64,000 bases of DNA. It comes from Marvinbryantia sp. (lineage in GTDB: Bacteria > Bacillota > Clostridia > Lachnospirales > Lachnospiraceae). A model generated the notes under the pieces. The model was not told the origin of the DNA. It did no database searches and worked only from the letters and a program-made list of their open reading frames with translations. The stretch is taken from contig JAEDFS010000001.1 of NCBI GenBank assembly GCA_016297895.1, positions 35,504 to 99,503 on the forward strand, read 5' to 3'. Shown piece by piece: positions 9,335 through 20,450 of this stretch. Made by a program: the position numbers and the translations under genes. Numbering within the stretch: position 1 is the stretch's first letter; every line of letters begins with the position of its first letter.

Positions 9335-10621
9335 ATGAAGAATAAAATGAAAAAGTGGGCGGCAGCCATCTGCATGTTTCTGGTCATGCTGTTTGCGGTT
9401 TCCATCAGCCATGCGGAAGCAAAAGATGTGGTGGTGGTGATCGACCCGGGGCATGGGGGAACCGAGGCGGGGGCTTATCGCAAATGGAGCTTTGGCACCT
9501 TTCGTGAGGAACTGCTGAATCTGAAAATATCCAAGTATCTGAAAGCTGAGCTGGAGACCTACAGCGGCGTGAAGGTATACATGACCAGGACTGATAATTC
9601 CAAGACCATGAACAGGGAAGAACGGATCCAGATTGCAAAAAAATATAAAGCAGATGCCCTGGTCAGCGTGCATATCAATTCCACGGGAGCAGATAAGCAA
9701 AAGACAGCCACCGGTGCATTTGCCATCGTGCCTTCTCTTTCCGGGTATCCCAACAGCAACAAATATGCCAAGACGGCAAGAGCGCTGGGGACAGTAATCC
9801 TTCAGCAGCTGAACGCAGCTGCCGGTTTGAAAAATAACGGATACTGGCTGGATGATGAACTTGGGATCATTCTGTTCGGCATGAAGTACAAGGTTCCCAG
9901 TATTATCATTGAGCACTGTTATATCAACAACCCGGACGACTGCAAAAAGTATCTGAATTCAGAGGCGGCTTTGAAAAAACTGGGCGTCGGGGATGCAGCC
10001 GGAATCGCAAAATACTTTAATCTTAAGAAAAAGAGTGCGGCTGCAGAAACACCGGCAGAAACACCGGCAGATACGCCGGCAGATACGACCACTCCGGAAA
10101 TGGCAGCAGATTATGTGATCACCGGCTGGCAGAAGATGGGAAGCAAATATTACTATTTTGACCAGTATGGGGTAATGCAGGTCGGTGTGACAAAGATCGG
10201 TTCCAGCCTGTATCTGTTGGATAACAATGGTGCCCGCAAGACCGGATTCGTCAAGCTGAACGGAAAACAGTACTACGCAGACAGCAAAGGCAAGCTGAAG
10301 CTGGGCTGGCAGAAGTATAAGGGAAAGAAATATTATTTCAGCACAAAGACAGGGGCAGCGCTTACCGGACTTCAGACCATTTCCAAGAAGCAGTATTATT
10401 TCGACAAAAATGGCGTGATGAAGACCAAATGGGTGACCATTAAAGGGAAAAAGTATTATTTCAGCAAAGTGGACGGCAGACTTCTGAAAAACTACTGGCT
10501 GAAATATGATGGAAAGTGGTATTACCTGAACAGCAAGGGAACGCCTTACATAAATACGAAGAAAAAGATCAAAGGAAAGACCTATAAATTTGACAAGAAC
10601 GGGATCTGTACCAATAAATAA
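9335..10621 (+). CDS. secreted N-acetylmuramoyl-L-alanine amidase (Amidase_3) with C-terminal cell-wall-binding repeats
   Basis: Signal peptide; IDPGHGG..E, LVSVHIN, PSIIIE Zn/catalytic residues; ETPA/DTPA linker; repeated GW.K..GK.YYF..G.M units. Confidence 0.9.
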   Translation: MKNKMKKWAAAICMFLVMLFAVSISHAEAKDVVVVIDPGHGGTEAGAYRKWSFGTFREELLNLKISKYLKAELETYSGVKVYMTRTDNSKTMNREERIQIAKKYKADALVSVHINSTGADKQKTATGAFAIVPSLSGYPNSNKYAKTARALGTVILQQLNAAAGLKNNGYWLDDELGIILFGMKYKVPSIIIEHCYINNPDDCKKYLNSEAALKKLGVGDAAGIAKYFNLKKKSAAAETPAETPADTPADTTTPEMAADYVITGWQKMGSKYYYFDQYGVMQVGVTKIGSSLYLLDNNGARKTGFVKLNGKQYYADSKGKLKLGWQKYKGKKYYFSTKTGAALTGLQTISKKQYYFDKNGVMKTKWVTIKGKKYYFSKVDGRLLKNYWLKYDGKWYYLNSKGTPYINTKKKIKGKTYKFDKNGICTNK

Positions 10622-10640
10622 CAAGAAGGGGATTTAAAAA

Positions 10641-11567
10641 ATGAAAGGACCGACATTAGTGATTATGGCTGCCGGAATGGGAAGCAGGTACGGCGGTTTA
10701 AAGCAGATCGATCCGGTAGATGAGCAGGGACATATTATCATGGATTTTTCCATTTATGACGCAGTCCGGGCCGGATTTGAAAAAGTGGTATTTGTCATCA
10801 AAGAGGAAAATGAAGCAGATTTCAGGGCAAGCATCGGAGACCGGATGGAGAAACAGATCGAAGTGGCTTACGCATTTCAGAAGCTTTCCGATCTGCCGGA
10901 CGGATTCCGTGTTCCGGAAGGAAGAGTCAAACCCTTCGGCACCGGTCAGGCGGTGCTGTCAGCCATCGACCTGATAGACGGCCCCTTTGTGGTGATCAAT
11001 GCAGACGATTACTATGGAAGCAAAGCCTATCAGATGATGTATCAGTATCTGACCGGCCATACGGATGATGAGAAATACCGTTATGCCATGGTGGGATATA
11101 TCCTGGAGAATACCCTGACGGAGAACGGTCATGTAGCCAGAGGAATCTGCAGTGTGGATGAGAACGGTCTTCTGAAGGAGATCCATGAGAGAACCAGGAT
11201 CGAGCGCAGAGACGGGGGTGCAGCTTACACTGAGGACGAGGGAGTTACCTGGACAGAGATTCCGGGAGGCAGCCTGGTATCCATGAATATGTGGGGCTTC
11301 CAGCGGAGCATGATGGAGGAGCTGAAAAAAGGTTTCCCGGTGTTTTTACAGGATCAGCTGGAGAAAAATCCTCTGAAATGCGAGTATTTTCTGCCCTTTG
11401 CCGTAGATGAACTGGTGCAGAAAGGAAAGGCAACCGTAGAAGTATTAAAGACTGACGACAGATGGTATGGAGTGACTTATAAGCAGGATAAACCGGTGGT
11501 GGTGGAAGCAATCCGCCGCATGAAGCAGCAGGGTCTGTATCCGGAAAAACTCTGGTGCGAAAAGTAA
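10641..11567 (+). CDS. sugar-phosphate nucleotidyltransferase (NTP_transferase family)
   Basis: LVIMAAGMGSRYGGLKQ, KPFGTGQA, VINADDYYG, W.GVTY motifs. Confidence 0.85.
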   Translation: MKGPTLVIMAAGMGSRYGGLKQIDPVDEQGHIIMDFSIYDAVRAGFEKVVFVIKEENEADFRASIGDRMEKQIEVAYAFQKLSDLPDGFRVPEGRVKPFGTGQAVLSAIDLIDGPFVVINADDYYGSKAYQMMYQYLTGHTDDEKYRYAMVGYILENTLTENGHVARGICSVDENGLLKEIHERTRIERRDGGAAYTEDEGVTWTEIPGGSLVSMNMWGFQRSMMEELKKGFPVFLQDQLEKNPLKCEYFLPFAVDELVQKGKATVEVLKTDDRWYGVTYKQDKPVVVEAIRRMKQQGLYPEKLWCEK

Positions 11568-11597
11568 AACCGGTGATCTGTCAGATAGGAGAACACC

Positions 11598-13442
11598 ATG
11601 TTTGATATTCAGGAAGAATTAAAAAAACTCCCGGCAAAACCGGGAGTTTATATTATGCATGATAACAGGGATGCCATTATTTATGTGGGGAAAGCGGTCA
11701 GTCTGAAGAACCGGGTGAGACAGTATTTTCAGGCCAGCAGGAACAAGGGCGTAAAAATTGAACAGATGGTGACCAGGATCAGCCGGTTTGAATATATTGT
11801 GACTGATTCCGAACTGGAAGCCCTGGTACTGGAATGCAATCTGATCAAGGAACATCGGCCCAAATACAACACCATGTTAAAGGATGATAAGACCTATCCC
11901 TTTATAAAGGTGACTATGGGAGAGGCTTACCCGAGAGTACTGTTTTCCAGGACAATGAAAAAAGACAAATCCAGATATTTCGGACCCTATACCAGTGCGG
12001 GAGCGGTAAAAGATACTATCGATCTGATCGTGAAGCTCTATAAGCTCCGGACCTGCAGCCGCAATCTTCCCAAAGACACGGGAAAAGAGCGCCCCTGTCT
12101 GAATTATCATATCAAGCAGTGCAAGGGCCCCTGTCAGGGTTATGTGACCCAGGAGGAATACGCAGGGCAGGTGGCACAGGCCCTGGAGTTTTTAAACGGC
12201 AATTACAAACCGGTGCTGAAGATGCTGGAACAGCAGATGCAGGAGGCCTCCGATCAACTGGATTTTGAGGCTGCCATTGAGTATCGGGAGCTGATAAACA
12301 GTGTCAGGCAGACGGCCCAGAAGCAGAAGATCACTGCCAGCGATGGGGAGGATAAGGATATCATCGCCGTGGAGACCGATGACCGGGATGCCGTTGTGCA
12401 GGTGTTTTTTGTGCGGAGCGGCCGTCTGATCGGGAGAGACCATTTTTATCTGCGTGTGGCTCCTCACGATACCCGAAGTGTGATCCTTAACAGTTTTCTA
12501 AAACAGTTTTACTCCGGAACGCCCTTTATTCCCAGGGAGATCATGTTGCAGGAAGAGATCGAGGACCGGGAGGTCATCGAGGAATGGCTCGGCAGCCGCA
12601 GAGGAGGAAAAGTTCATATCCGGATCCCCCAGAGGGGGACCAAGGAAAAACTGGTGGAACTGGCAGCAAAGAATGCGGCCATGGTGCTCAGTCAGGATAA
12701 AGAGAAGATCAAGAGAGAAGAAGGACGTACCATAGGAGCCATGAAAGAAATTGCCGGATGGCTGGAGCTGGAAAATATCAATCGTGTGGAAGCCTTTGAT
12801 ATTTCCAACATCAGTGGATTTGAATCCGTAGGTTCCATGGTCGTGTATGAAAAGGGAAAGCCAAAGCGAAGTGATTACCGTAAATTTAAAATCCGGTCTG
12901 TGGCAGGACCGGATGATTATGCCAGCATGGAGGAAGTGCTGTCCAGACGTTTCAGTCACGGCCTGGCTGAGCAGGCCGGGGAAAAGGGAGAGTTTGGGAG
13001 CTTCAGTCGTTTCCCGGATCTGATCATGATGGACGGCGGAAAGGGACAGGTGAATGTGGCCCTTCGTGTACTGGAAGAGCTTAAGATCAATATACCCGTA
13101 TGCGGAATGGTAAAGGATGACAATCACCGGACCCGGGGGCTGTATTTTAAAAATGAAGAAATTCCGATTGACCGGGATTCGGAAGGATTCCGTCTCATCA
13201 CCAGGATCCAGGATGAGGCTCACCGCTTTGCCATAGAGTATCACAGGTCGTTAAGAAGCAAACAGCAGGTGCATTCTATTCTGGATGAGATCGAAGGAAT
13301 CGGAGAAACCAGGCGAAAAGCGTTGATGCGCCGATTTAAATCTCTGGAAGGCATCCGGGATGCATCTTTGGAGGAACTGTCAGGTACAGAGTCTATGAAT
13401 ATGGCTGCGGCACAGAAGGTCTACGCATTTTTTCACAAATAA
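11598..13442 (+). CDS. uvrC: excinuclease ABC subunit C
   Basis: GIY-YIG start (PGVY..IIYVGKA..LKNRV), UVR domain, [27 protein letters not shown]-like, HhH. Confidence 0.97.
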   Translation: MFDIQEELKKLPAKPGVYIMHDNRDAIIYVGKAVSLKNRVRQYFQASRNKGVKIEQMVTRISRFEYIVTDSELEALVLECNLIKEHRPKYNTMLKDDKTYPFIKVTMGEAYPRVLFSRTMKKDKSRYFGPYTSAGAVKDTIDLIVKLYKLRTCSRNLPKDTGKERPCLNYHIKQCKGPCQGYVTQEEYAGQVAQALEFLNGNYKPVLKMLEQQMQEASDQLDFEAAIEYRELINSVRQTAQKQKITASDGEDKDIIAVETDDRDAVVQVFFVRSGRLIGRDHFYLRVAPHDTRSVILNSFLKQFYSGTPFIPREIMLQEEIEDREVIEEWLGSRRGGKVHIRIPQRGTKEKLVELAAKNAAMVLSQDKEKIKREEGRTIGAMKEIAGWLELENINRVEAFDISNISGFESVGSMVVYEKGKPKRSDYRKFKIRSVAGPDDYASMEEVLSRRFSHGLAEQAGEKGEFGSFSRFPDLIMMDGGKGQVNVALRVLEELKINIPVCGMVKDDNHRTRGLYFKNEEIPIDRDSEGFRLITRIQDEAHRFAIEYHRSLRSKQQVHSILDEIEGIGETRRKALMRRFKSLEGIRDASLEELSGTESMNMAAAQKVYAFFHK

Positions 13443-13525
13443 AGACGGAAATCTGATTGAACGCTATGCAATCTGACAAAATTATGTTATAATACTGGGT
13501 AGTGAAAAAGTAAAGGAGAACCGTT

Positions 13526-14467
13526 ATGGCAAGCAGTGTTGCACTGAGTAAAGTAGTGGAAAAAATGAACCTGAAAAACCTGACGCCCAATGTGGACATG
13601 AGTTCGATCAGGATCACCGTACCGGATATTAACCGTCCTGCATTGCAGCTCACCGGATATTTTGAGCATTTTGCTTCGGAACGTGTACAGATTGTCGGGT
13701 ATGTGGAATATACGTATCTTATGGGACTTCCCATGGAAGTGAAGCTGCCGATCTACGAGCAGTTCGTATCCAGTAAGATTCCCTGCATTATCTATACGAC
13801 CAGGACTGTTCCGGATATGGAGCTGCTGAATATGGCAAATGAGTATGGAGTGCCGGTATTCAGTACAGATAAAGCCACATCTGCATTTATGGCAGAGATC
13901 ATCCGCTGGCTGAATGTGGAGCTGGCTCCCTGTATTTCTATTCATGGAGTTCTGGTGGATGTATACGGAGAAGGCGTGCTGATCATGGGTGAGAGCGGCA
14001 TCGGTAAGAGTGAAGCTGCACTGGAACTGATCAAGCGAGGACATCGTCTGGTGTCAGATGACGTGGTGGAGATACGTAAAGTCAGTGATGCCAGCCTGGT
14101 AGGAAGCGCACCGGATATTACCCGGCATTTTATTGAGCTGAGAGGAATCGGGATCATTGATGTAAAGACACTTTTTGGTGTGGAGAGTGTAAAGAATACG
14201 CAGACCATTGATATGGTCATCAAGCTGGAAGAGTGGGATCGTGACAAGGAGTATGATCGTCTGGGTCTGGAAGAAGAGTATACAGAGTTCCTGGGTAACC
14301 GGGTAGTCTGCCATTCCCTCCCCATCCGTCCCGGTCGAAATCTGGCTGTCATCGTAGAATCGGCGGCAGTCAACCACAGACAGAAAAAGATGGGATATAA
14401 TGCCGCTCAGGAGCTGTATAACCGTGTACAGCAGAGCCTGGCAAAACGAAGAGGATCACAGGATTAA
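13526..14467 (+). CDS. hprK: HPr kinase/phosphorylase
   Basis: INRPALQL, HGVLVDVYG.GVLI.GESGIGKSE, ELRGIGIIDV, PGRNLA. Extended -10 TGTTATAAT at 13485-13493. Confidence 0.97.
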   Translation: MASSVALSKVVEKMNLKNLTPNVDMSSIRITVPDINRPALQLTGYFEHFASERVQIVGYVEYTYLMGLPMEVKLPIYEQFVSSKIPCIIYTTRTVPDMELLNMANEYGVPVFSTDKATSAFMAEIIRWLNVELAPCISIHGVLVDVYGEGVLIMGESGIGKSEAALELIKRGHRLVSDDVVEIRKVSDASLVGSAPDITRHFIELRGIGIIDVKTLFGVESVKNTQTIDMVIKLEEWDRDKEYDRLGLEEEYTEFLGNRVVCHSLPIRPGRNLAVIVESAAVNHRQKKMGYNAAQELYNRVQQSLAKRRGSQD

Positions 14468-14483
14468 AGGAGAGAGAAGGGGC

Positions 14484-15416
14484 ATGAAAAAGTATTGTTT
14501 TGGAATCGATATCGGGGGTACTACCGTAAAGTGCGGATTATTTGATGTAAAGGGAGAGCTTCTGGAAAAATGGGAGATCCCTACCCGTACAGAGAATAAC
14601 GGCTCGGCAATTCTTCCGGATGTAGCTGATACCATCGGAGATAAGATCCGTGAGAGAAGCCTGGACAGAGACGAGATCGCAGGCATCGGACTTGGAGTTC
14701 CGGGACCGGTAAATGAGGATGGAGAAATTCCGGGAGCAGTGAATCTTCACTGGGGATATGTGCATCTGGTAGATCAGATGGAAAGACTGACTGGTCTGGA
14801 AGTAAAAGCCGGAAATGATGCCAATGTGGCAGCCCTTGGCGAAATGTGGAAAGGCGGCGGTGCCGGATGCCACAACGTGGTCATGGTGACCCTTGGAACC
14901 GGAGTCGGGGGCGGAATCATCAACAATGGACAGATCGTGACCGGTACCAATGGTGCAGGCGGAGAGATCGGCCATATCCATGTGACAGATTCCCTGACCA
15001 CACCCTGTAACTGCGGAAATACAGGATGCCTGGAGCAGGTGGCTTCCGCAACAGGAATTACCTTCCTGGCAAACAGAAGACTGGCAGCAGATGACAAACC
15101 TTCCGTTCTTCGCAGCGGGGAAGTATCTGCCAAGACCGTATTTGATGCAGTGAAAGCAGGAGACGAGCTGGCGATTGAAGTGGCAGAGGAATTCGGAAAA
15201 TATCTGGGAGCCGCTCTTGCCAATGTGGCAGGTGTAGTGGATCCGGAGGTCTTCGTAATCGGAGGCGGAGTGTCCAAAGCAGGAGAGATCCTTCTGGACT
15301 TTATCAAAAAGAATTACCGGAAATATGCGTTTATGGCATGCAAGGATACGGCATTTGCCCTGGCAGAGCTGGGAAATGATGCGGGAATCTACGGAGCTGC
15401 CAAGCTGGTACTGTAA
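14484..15416 (+). CDS. glcK: ROK family glucokinase
   Basis: GIDIGGT, NDANVAALGE, TLGTGVGGG, GEIGH..C.CGN.GCLE, GNDAGIYGA. Confidence 0.9.
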   Translation: MKKYCFGIDIGGTTVKCGLFDVKGELLEKWEIPTRTENNGSAILPDVADTIGDKIRERSLDRDEIAGIGLGVPGPVNEDGEIPGAVNLHWGYVHLVDQMERLTGLEVKAGNDANVAALGEMWKGGGAGCHNVVMVTLGTGVGGGIINNGQIVTGTNGAGGEIGHIHVTDSLTTPCNCGNTGCLEQVASATGITFLANRRLAADDKPSVLRSGEVSAKTVFDAVKAGDELAIEVAEEFGKYLGAALANVAGVVDPEVFVIGGGVSKAGEILLDFIKKNYRKYAFMACKDTAFALAELGNDAGIYGAAKLVL

Positions 15417-15426
15417 GGAAATATAG

Positions 15427-15473
15427 CAGAAAAAGTCCCGTACCGGGAAAGAACCGGTACGGGACTTTTTCTG
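15427..15473. terminator. bidirectional terminator between glcK and PBP1A
   Basis: Perfect 20-bp inverted repeat CAGAAAAAGTCCCGTACCGG / CCGGTACGGGACTTTTTCTG between convergent genes. Confidence 0.9.
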
Positions 15474-15483
15474 TTATAGAGTA

Positions 15484-18243
15484 TCAGTAGATAATGATCG
15501 TTCCGTCATCTACATAACCATTGTTGGTATTCTGAGAACTATTTCCTCCTGAATTGGTGTTTTCCGGCGGAGCAGCGATCTGTCCTGTATTCTGGGACGC
15601 ATTTCCGTTCTGACCGGTATCGGTGTTCCCGGAATGATTGTTTCCGGTATTCTGCCCATCTGAAGGGGCTCCTTCGATAGTAATCACGTTTCCGTGTCCG
15701 GGGCAGACCTGGGTGGGAACCGGATAATTGGAATCGTCCGTCACTCCCTCAGAGCCTGCAGGTCGCTGGATACAGATCCTGGTCGTGGCAGTACAGGTAG
15801 AAGTAGCACGAAGACCGGTGAGGGTGCAGATCGGAACAGCCACATGGACATCACATACAGATGTGGGTTCTGTCCCGGACGTGAAATATTCCGTATATGT
15901 CTGATCCCCTCTGGGATCGGCATTGCAGACACCCGGGACGGCCAGTTTTCCGGATTTTCGGCAGATCACAGCAGATACGATTCCTTCAGGCTGTCCAAAA
16001 GAGGTGACTGGAAGGCCTGCATGGATCCGTGACATAATGGAATTCCAGAGTGTCCTGGCGTATCTGCTGAAGCTTTTATCATAATCAGGCAAAGGATCGT
16101 TATTGTCGTAACCTCCCCAGATTCCGCAGGTGTAGTAGGGGGTATACCCTTCGAACCAGATATCTTTGGACTGGTCGGTGGTTCCTGTTTTTCCTGCTGC
16201 GGGCATTTCCCCCAGGCTGATCGTTCCATAGGCTGTGCCAAGGGGATCTTTGATGACATCCTCCATGGCCTTGGTTATGAGATAGGCGGTGGTTTCTTTG
16301 AAGACTTCCGTGGAAGCACCGGTATGCTCCAGAATCACATTGCCCTGGCTGTCCTCTACCCTTGAGTAGAAGGTTGGTCTGATGTAGCGGCCGCCGTTTG
16401 CGAGGCAGGCGTAAGCGGCAGTCAGCTCCAGATTGACGACGCCGTCTGTAATTCCGCCAAGAGCCAGGGGCTGGTAGGCATCGGACAGCAGATTTCCCTC
16501 AGAGTCTGTTTCGTTATTATATAGGGTAGAGATCCCCATCCGCTCCAGATACTGCAGTCCCACCTGTGGAGAGATCTCAGTAAGAACTTTGACTGCTACC
16601 ACGTTAATGGATTTGATCAGAGCACTGTGGATGGTCTCCAGACCGCTGTATCCGTAATCGCTGTCCCAGTTTTTCAGTTCCGTGCCGGAGCTGTACTGAT
16701 AGGGGGCATTGTCATAGACGGATGCCAGGGTTTTGCCGCCCATCTCAAGGGCAGGGGCATAGACTGCCAGAGGTTTAAAGGTGGACCCGGGCTGCCGTCT
16801 GGTGGAGGAAGCACGGTTTAACGTAAGGCTGGCTTCTTTGGTTCCCCGTCCTCCAACAATGGCTTTTACATAGCCGGTGGACTGCTCGATGATCACAGCA
16901 GAGGCCTGAGGCTGAGGTACCAGGGAGATCCGTTCACCCAGAATGGTATCTCCATCTGTTGTCATAGCCTCTTTAAAACCTGCGGCATAGGAGCGTGCTG
17001 TCTCCTCATCGTAGAACATCATGTTAAAGGAAGGGTCCTGTGCTTCGTAATAGTTCTGTACATCGGAGCTGCCGTAATTTACAGTCTCCCCGCTGCTTTT
17101 CTGGATACTGAGAGCATAGTCAAGGCCAATAAGCGTATCAACGGGGAAATTTGCACTATTGGCAAATTCCTCATCACAGACCTGCTGGATCGCAGCATCC
17201 TGCACGCTGAAGATTCTGAGTCCGCCGGAATAAAGGGCGTGTTCTGCCTGAGCGCTGGTATATCCTTTTTCCGTAACAAGGTCTTTCAGAACCTGATCAA
17301 TGAGCGCATCTGTATAATAGGAATAAACCGATGCGGAACCGGTCTGGGTATCGGCTTCCTGAATCCGGGCATAGACATCATCTGCCCTGGCTTCCTCATA
17401 TTCCGCCTGGGATATAAAGCCCTGTTCCAGCATGTTGGAAAGAACCGTATCCCGGCGTCTTGCATTGGCTTCCGGATAAACGATGGGATTATAACCGGTG
17501 GGGTTCTGAGTGATTCCTGCAATCACGGCGCATTCCGATAAGGTGAGTTCTGATGCATCTTTGTTGAAATATCTGTGAGCAGCCGCCTGTACCCCATAGG
17601 TTCCGGCACCCAGGTTAATGGTATTTAAATAGTCTTCCAGGATGCTGTTTTTGGCCTCCATCTTTGTCATGTTTTTTTCCAGATTTTTTTCCAGTTCCAT
17701 GGCCAGATACTGCTCCTGGAATTTTCGTTTAAAACTCTGGATGATGGAGGATTCCGAGACCCAGTCGGGGAAGACACTGTTTTTTAAGAGCTGCTGGGTG
17801 ATGGTGCTGGCCCCCTCGGAAAAGCTTCCGCCTGTAATGCCTACGACAAAGGCTCGGATGATCCCCCGGACATCGATGCCGTTATGCTCATAAAAACGTT
17901 CATCTTCAATTGCCACGATGGCATGCTGAAGATAGACCGGCACCTGATCCAGAGAAACAGGGGTACGGTTGGAAGTGGGGGCTGTCAGCTTCTGGATCTG
18001 GTTGCCCTCTGTATCCAGAATATAGGTGGCAGCTTCCACCGGATCCGTGCTTAAGCCGGAAATATCCGGAGCGCTGTCAATGAGACCGTGTACCAGTCCG
18101 TATCCTCCGCAGGCCAGAGCAACGATCAGTGACATCAGGCCGATGAGCACGAGACGCATCAGTGTCATGCCTGCTTTCTGTTCTATTTTTTCGGCGGTCA
18201 TATTTTTCTGCAGTTTTTTGATATCCCGTCTGCCGTATTTCAT
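15484..18243 (-). CDS. class A penicillin-binding protein (PBP1A family)
   Basis: GT51 motifs EDERFYEH.G, GASTITQQL, RK..E; transpeptidase STFK, SIN, KTGT; Cys-rich and N/G/Q low-complexity C-terminus. Confidence 0.93.
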   Translation of the reverse strand: MKYGRRDIKKLQKNMTAEKIEQKAGMTLMRLVLIGLMSLIVALACGGYGLVHGLIDSAPDISGLSTDPVEAATYILDTEGNQIQKLTAPTSNRTPVSLDQVPVYLQHAIVAIEDERFYEHNGIDVRGIIRAFVVGITGGSFSEGASTITQQLLKNSVFPDWVSESSIIQSFKRKFQEQYLAMELEKNLEKNMTKMEAKNSILEDYLNTINLGAGTYGVQAAAHRYFNKDASELTLSECAVIAGITQNPTGYNPIVYPEANARRRDTVLSNMLEQGFISQAEYEEARADDVYARIQEADTQTGSASVYSYYTDALIDQVLKDLVTEKGYTSAQAEHALYSGGLRIFSVQDAAIQQVCDEEFANSANFPVDTLIGLDYALSIQKSSGETVNYGSSDVQNYYEAQDPSFNMMFYDEETARSYAAGFKEAMTTDGDTILGERISLVPQPQASAVIIEQSTGYVKAIVGGRGTKEASLTLNRASSTRRQPGSTFKPLAVYAPALEMGGKTLASVYDNAPYQYSSGTELKNWDSDYGYSGLETIHSALIKSINVVAVKVLTEISPQVGLQYLERMGISTLYNNETDSEGNLLSDAYQPLALGGITDGVVNLELTAAYACLANGGRYIRPTFYSRVEDSQGNVILEHTGASTEVFKETTAYLITKAMEDVIKDPLGTAYGTISLGEMPAAGKTGTTDQSKDIWFEGYTPYYTCGIWGGYDNNDPLPDYDKSFSRYARTLWNSIMSRIHAGLPVTSFGQPEGIVSAVICRKSGKLAVPGVCNADPRGDQTYTEYFTSGTEPTSVCDVHVAVPICTLTGLRATSTCTATTRICIQRPAGSEGVTDDSNYPVPTQVCPGHGNVITIEGAPSDGQNTGNNHSGNTDTGQNGNASQNTGQIAAPPENTNSGGNSSQNTNNGYVDDGTIIIY

Positions 18244-18439
18244 GTAATGTATTCCCTGCTTTCTGTATAAGATGGAATGTCGAATTTCCTTTATCCGGAT
18301 GTTTCCGCAACTTACTTAATGGTAACATACCCATAGTATACCAAAATATGTATGGAAAGAAAAGAGGGCGGCTTGATAAAGACAGGCAGGTTGTGGTAAG
18401 ATGGAAGAACAGAAAAAAGCATCCGGGGGGGGTAGGTTT

Positions 18440-19096
18440 ATGGATCTGAAGATTGTATATGAGGGTGGAGAGGGCGAGATCGTGGAGAAAAAATCCAGGT
18501 TTATTGCCACGGTAAAGCCGGTCCATTCAGAAGAGGAGGCCCTGGCCTTTATAGCGGAACTGAAGAAAAAATACTGGAATGCCACCCATAACTGCTGGGC
18601 TTATGTGATCGGACAGCGCCAGGAGCTGCAGCGATGCAGCGATGACGGGGAGCCACAGGGGACAGCGGGAAAGCCTATGCTGGATGTTCTTCTGGGCGAG
18701 GAGCTTCATGATACGGCTGTGGTCGTGACACGGTATTTCGGAGGAACCCTTCTGGGAACGGGAGGACTGGTGCGTGCCTACTCCAAAGCAGTACAGGAAG
18801 GGCTGGCTCAGAGTCTGATCATAGAAAAACAGCTGGGAAGCAGACTGACCATTGAGACCGATTATAATGGCATCGGAAAACTGCAGTATCTGCTGGGGCA
18901 GAGAGGGATTTCAATCGTGGATTCCCAATATACGGATGTGGTAAAGACAACGGTACTGGTGCCCCGGGCAAAAGTACAGGAACTGCTGGAGGCAGTGACG
19001 GAATCTACCGGAGGCAAGGCTGTCTGGGAGGAAGAGAAGGGACTGTACTTTGCTTTTGTGGAAAAAGAACCAATTATTTTCCGGGAAGAGTCATGA
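18440..19096 (+). CDS. yigZ: YigZ/IMPACT family protein
   Basis: EKKSRFIA, ATHNCWAY, SDDGEPQGTAG, VVTRYFGGTLLGTGGLVRAY. Promoter TTGATA-18-TAAGAT (18373-18402) favours the ATG at 18440. Confidence 0.92.
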   Translation: MDLKIVYEGGEGEIVEKKSRFIATVKPVHSEEEALAFIAELKKKYWNATHNCWAYVIGQRQELQRCSDDGEPQGTAGKPMLDVLLGEELHDTAVVVTRYFGGTLLGTGGLVRAYSKAVQEGLAQSLIIEKQLGSRLTIETDYNGIGKLQYLLGQRGISIVDSQYTDVVKTTVLVPRAKVQELLEAVTESTGGKAVWEEEKGLYFAFVEKEPIIFREES

Positions 19097-19114
19097 TTCA
19101 TGGCAGAATCACAG

Positions 19115-19143
19115 TTTACTTTTTTCGGTGGGTTCGATATACT
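19115..19143 (+). promoter_or_regulatory. sigma-A promoter of murI
   Basis: TTTACT-17 nt-TATACT. Confidence 0.5.
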
Positions 19144-19172
19144 GTGGGGGTAGAGAATAGAGGAGCAAAGAA

Positions 19173-20000
19173 ATGTGCATAGATGAAAAAGATAAACCGA
19201 TCGGTATTTTTGATTCCGGTGTGGGGGGATTGACGGTTGTCCGGGAAGTGATGCGTAATATCCCGAAAGAACGGATTGTCTATTTTGGTGATACCGCCAG
19301 AGTTCCCTACGGAAGCAAATCCAAGGAGACCATTCTTCGGTATTCCAGACAGATCGTACGGTTTCTCCGGTCACAGGATGTGAAAGCAATCGTGATCGCC
19401 TGTAATACAGCCAGTGCGCTGGCATTGGAGGAACTGAGCAGGGAGATCACCATACCGATCATCGGAGTGGTAAAACCGGGGGCAAAGGTGGCCTGTGCAA
19501 CGACGAAGAATAACCGGGTTGGGGTGATCGGGACCAAGGGAACGATCTCCAGTGGTCTGTATACTGATTTTATCCGTCAGATCAATCCGCATATCCATGT
19601 GGTGGGAAAGGCTTGTCCGCTTTTTGTTCCGCTGGTGGAAGAAAACTGGCTGAAGGATCCGGTGACGGTGGAAGTGGCCACCCGATATCTGGCTGAGCTG
19701 AAGGAACAGAACATTGACACGCTGATTTTGGGATGTACCCATTATCCTTTGCTTCGGTCCACCATCGGAAAGATCATGGGAGAGCAGGTGACTCTGGTGA
19801 ATCCGGCTTACGAGACAGCGTGCCGGCTTCGGGAACTTCTGCATGAGGAACATCTGATGAATGAGACGAGTCTGGAGGAAAACAAAAATCCTCATCGTTT
19901 TTACGTCAGCGATGCGGCGGAAAGTTTTCGGGACTTTGCCAATTCCATCTTGCCCTGTGAGATTGAAAAGGCTAAGAAGATCAATATAGAGGATTATTAG
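19173..20000 (+). CDS. murI: glutamate racemase
   Basis: FDSGVGGL, PYG, IACNTAS, LGCTHYP. Confidence 0.97.
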   Translation: MCIDEKDKPIGIFDSGVGGLTVVREVMRNIPKERIVYFGDTARVPYGSKSKETILRYSRQIVRFLRSQDVKAIVIACNTASALALEELSREITIPIIGVVKPGAKVACATTKNNRVGVIGTKGTISSGLYTDFIRQINPHIHVVGKACPLFVPLVEENWLKDPVTVEVATRYLAELKEQNIDTLILGCTHYPLLRSTIGKIMGEQVTLVNPAYETACRLRELLHEEHLMNETSLEENKNPHRFYVSDAAESFRDFANSILPCEIEKAKKINIEDY

Positions 20001-20001
20001 G

Positions 20002-20448
20002 ATGACAGAAGAAGTATTGGTAAGTATTAAGGGGCTGCAGATGCTGGCTCCGGATCAGGAGGAAGAGCTGGAGGTCGTGACCCACGGCAGCTATCTCAGA
20101 AAGGGAAGCAAGCATTACATTCGTTATGAGGAAGTCATGGAAGGGATGGAAGGAACGATCCAGAATCTGATTAAGGTGGATGAGCATGGGATGGAGGTGA
20201 CCAAACGGGGCCTCACCAATGTACATATGATCTTTGAGAAAGACAAGAAGAATATGACTTATTACGGCACACCCTTTGGAAATCTTCTGATAGGTATTGC
20301 TGCCACCAGTGTTGATGTAAAGAGCAGTGAAAAAAATATTGATGTGAAGGTGCAGTATGCACTGGATGTGAACTATGAGCATCTGGCAGACTGTACGATC
20401 AATTTAAATGTAAAGTCTATGGATAATCAGGAGTTTCATCTGAATTAA
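20002..20448 (+). CDS. DUF1934 family protein
   Basis: Beta-rich small protein with YI.YEE and Y.TPFG.L.I motifs, next to murI. Confidence 0.75.
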   Translation: MTEEVLVSIKGLQMLAPDQEEELEVVTHGSYLRKGSKHYIRYEEVMEGMEGTIQNLIKVDEHGMEVTKRGLTNVHMIFEKDKKNMTYYGTPFGNLLIGIAATSVDVKSSEKNIDVKVQYALDVNYEHLADCTINLNVKSMDNQEFHLN

Positions 20449-20450
20449 TT

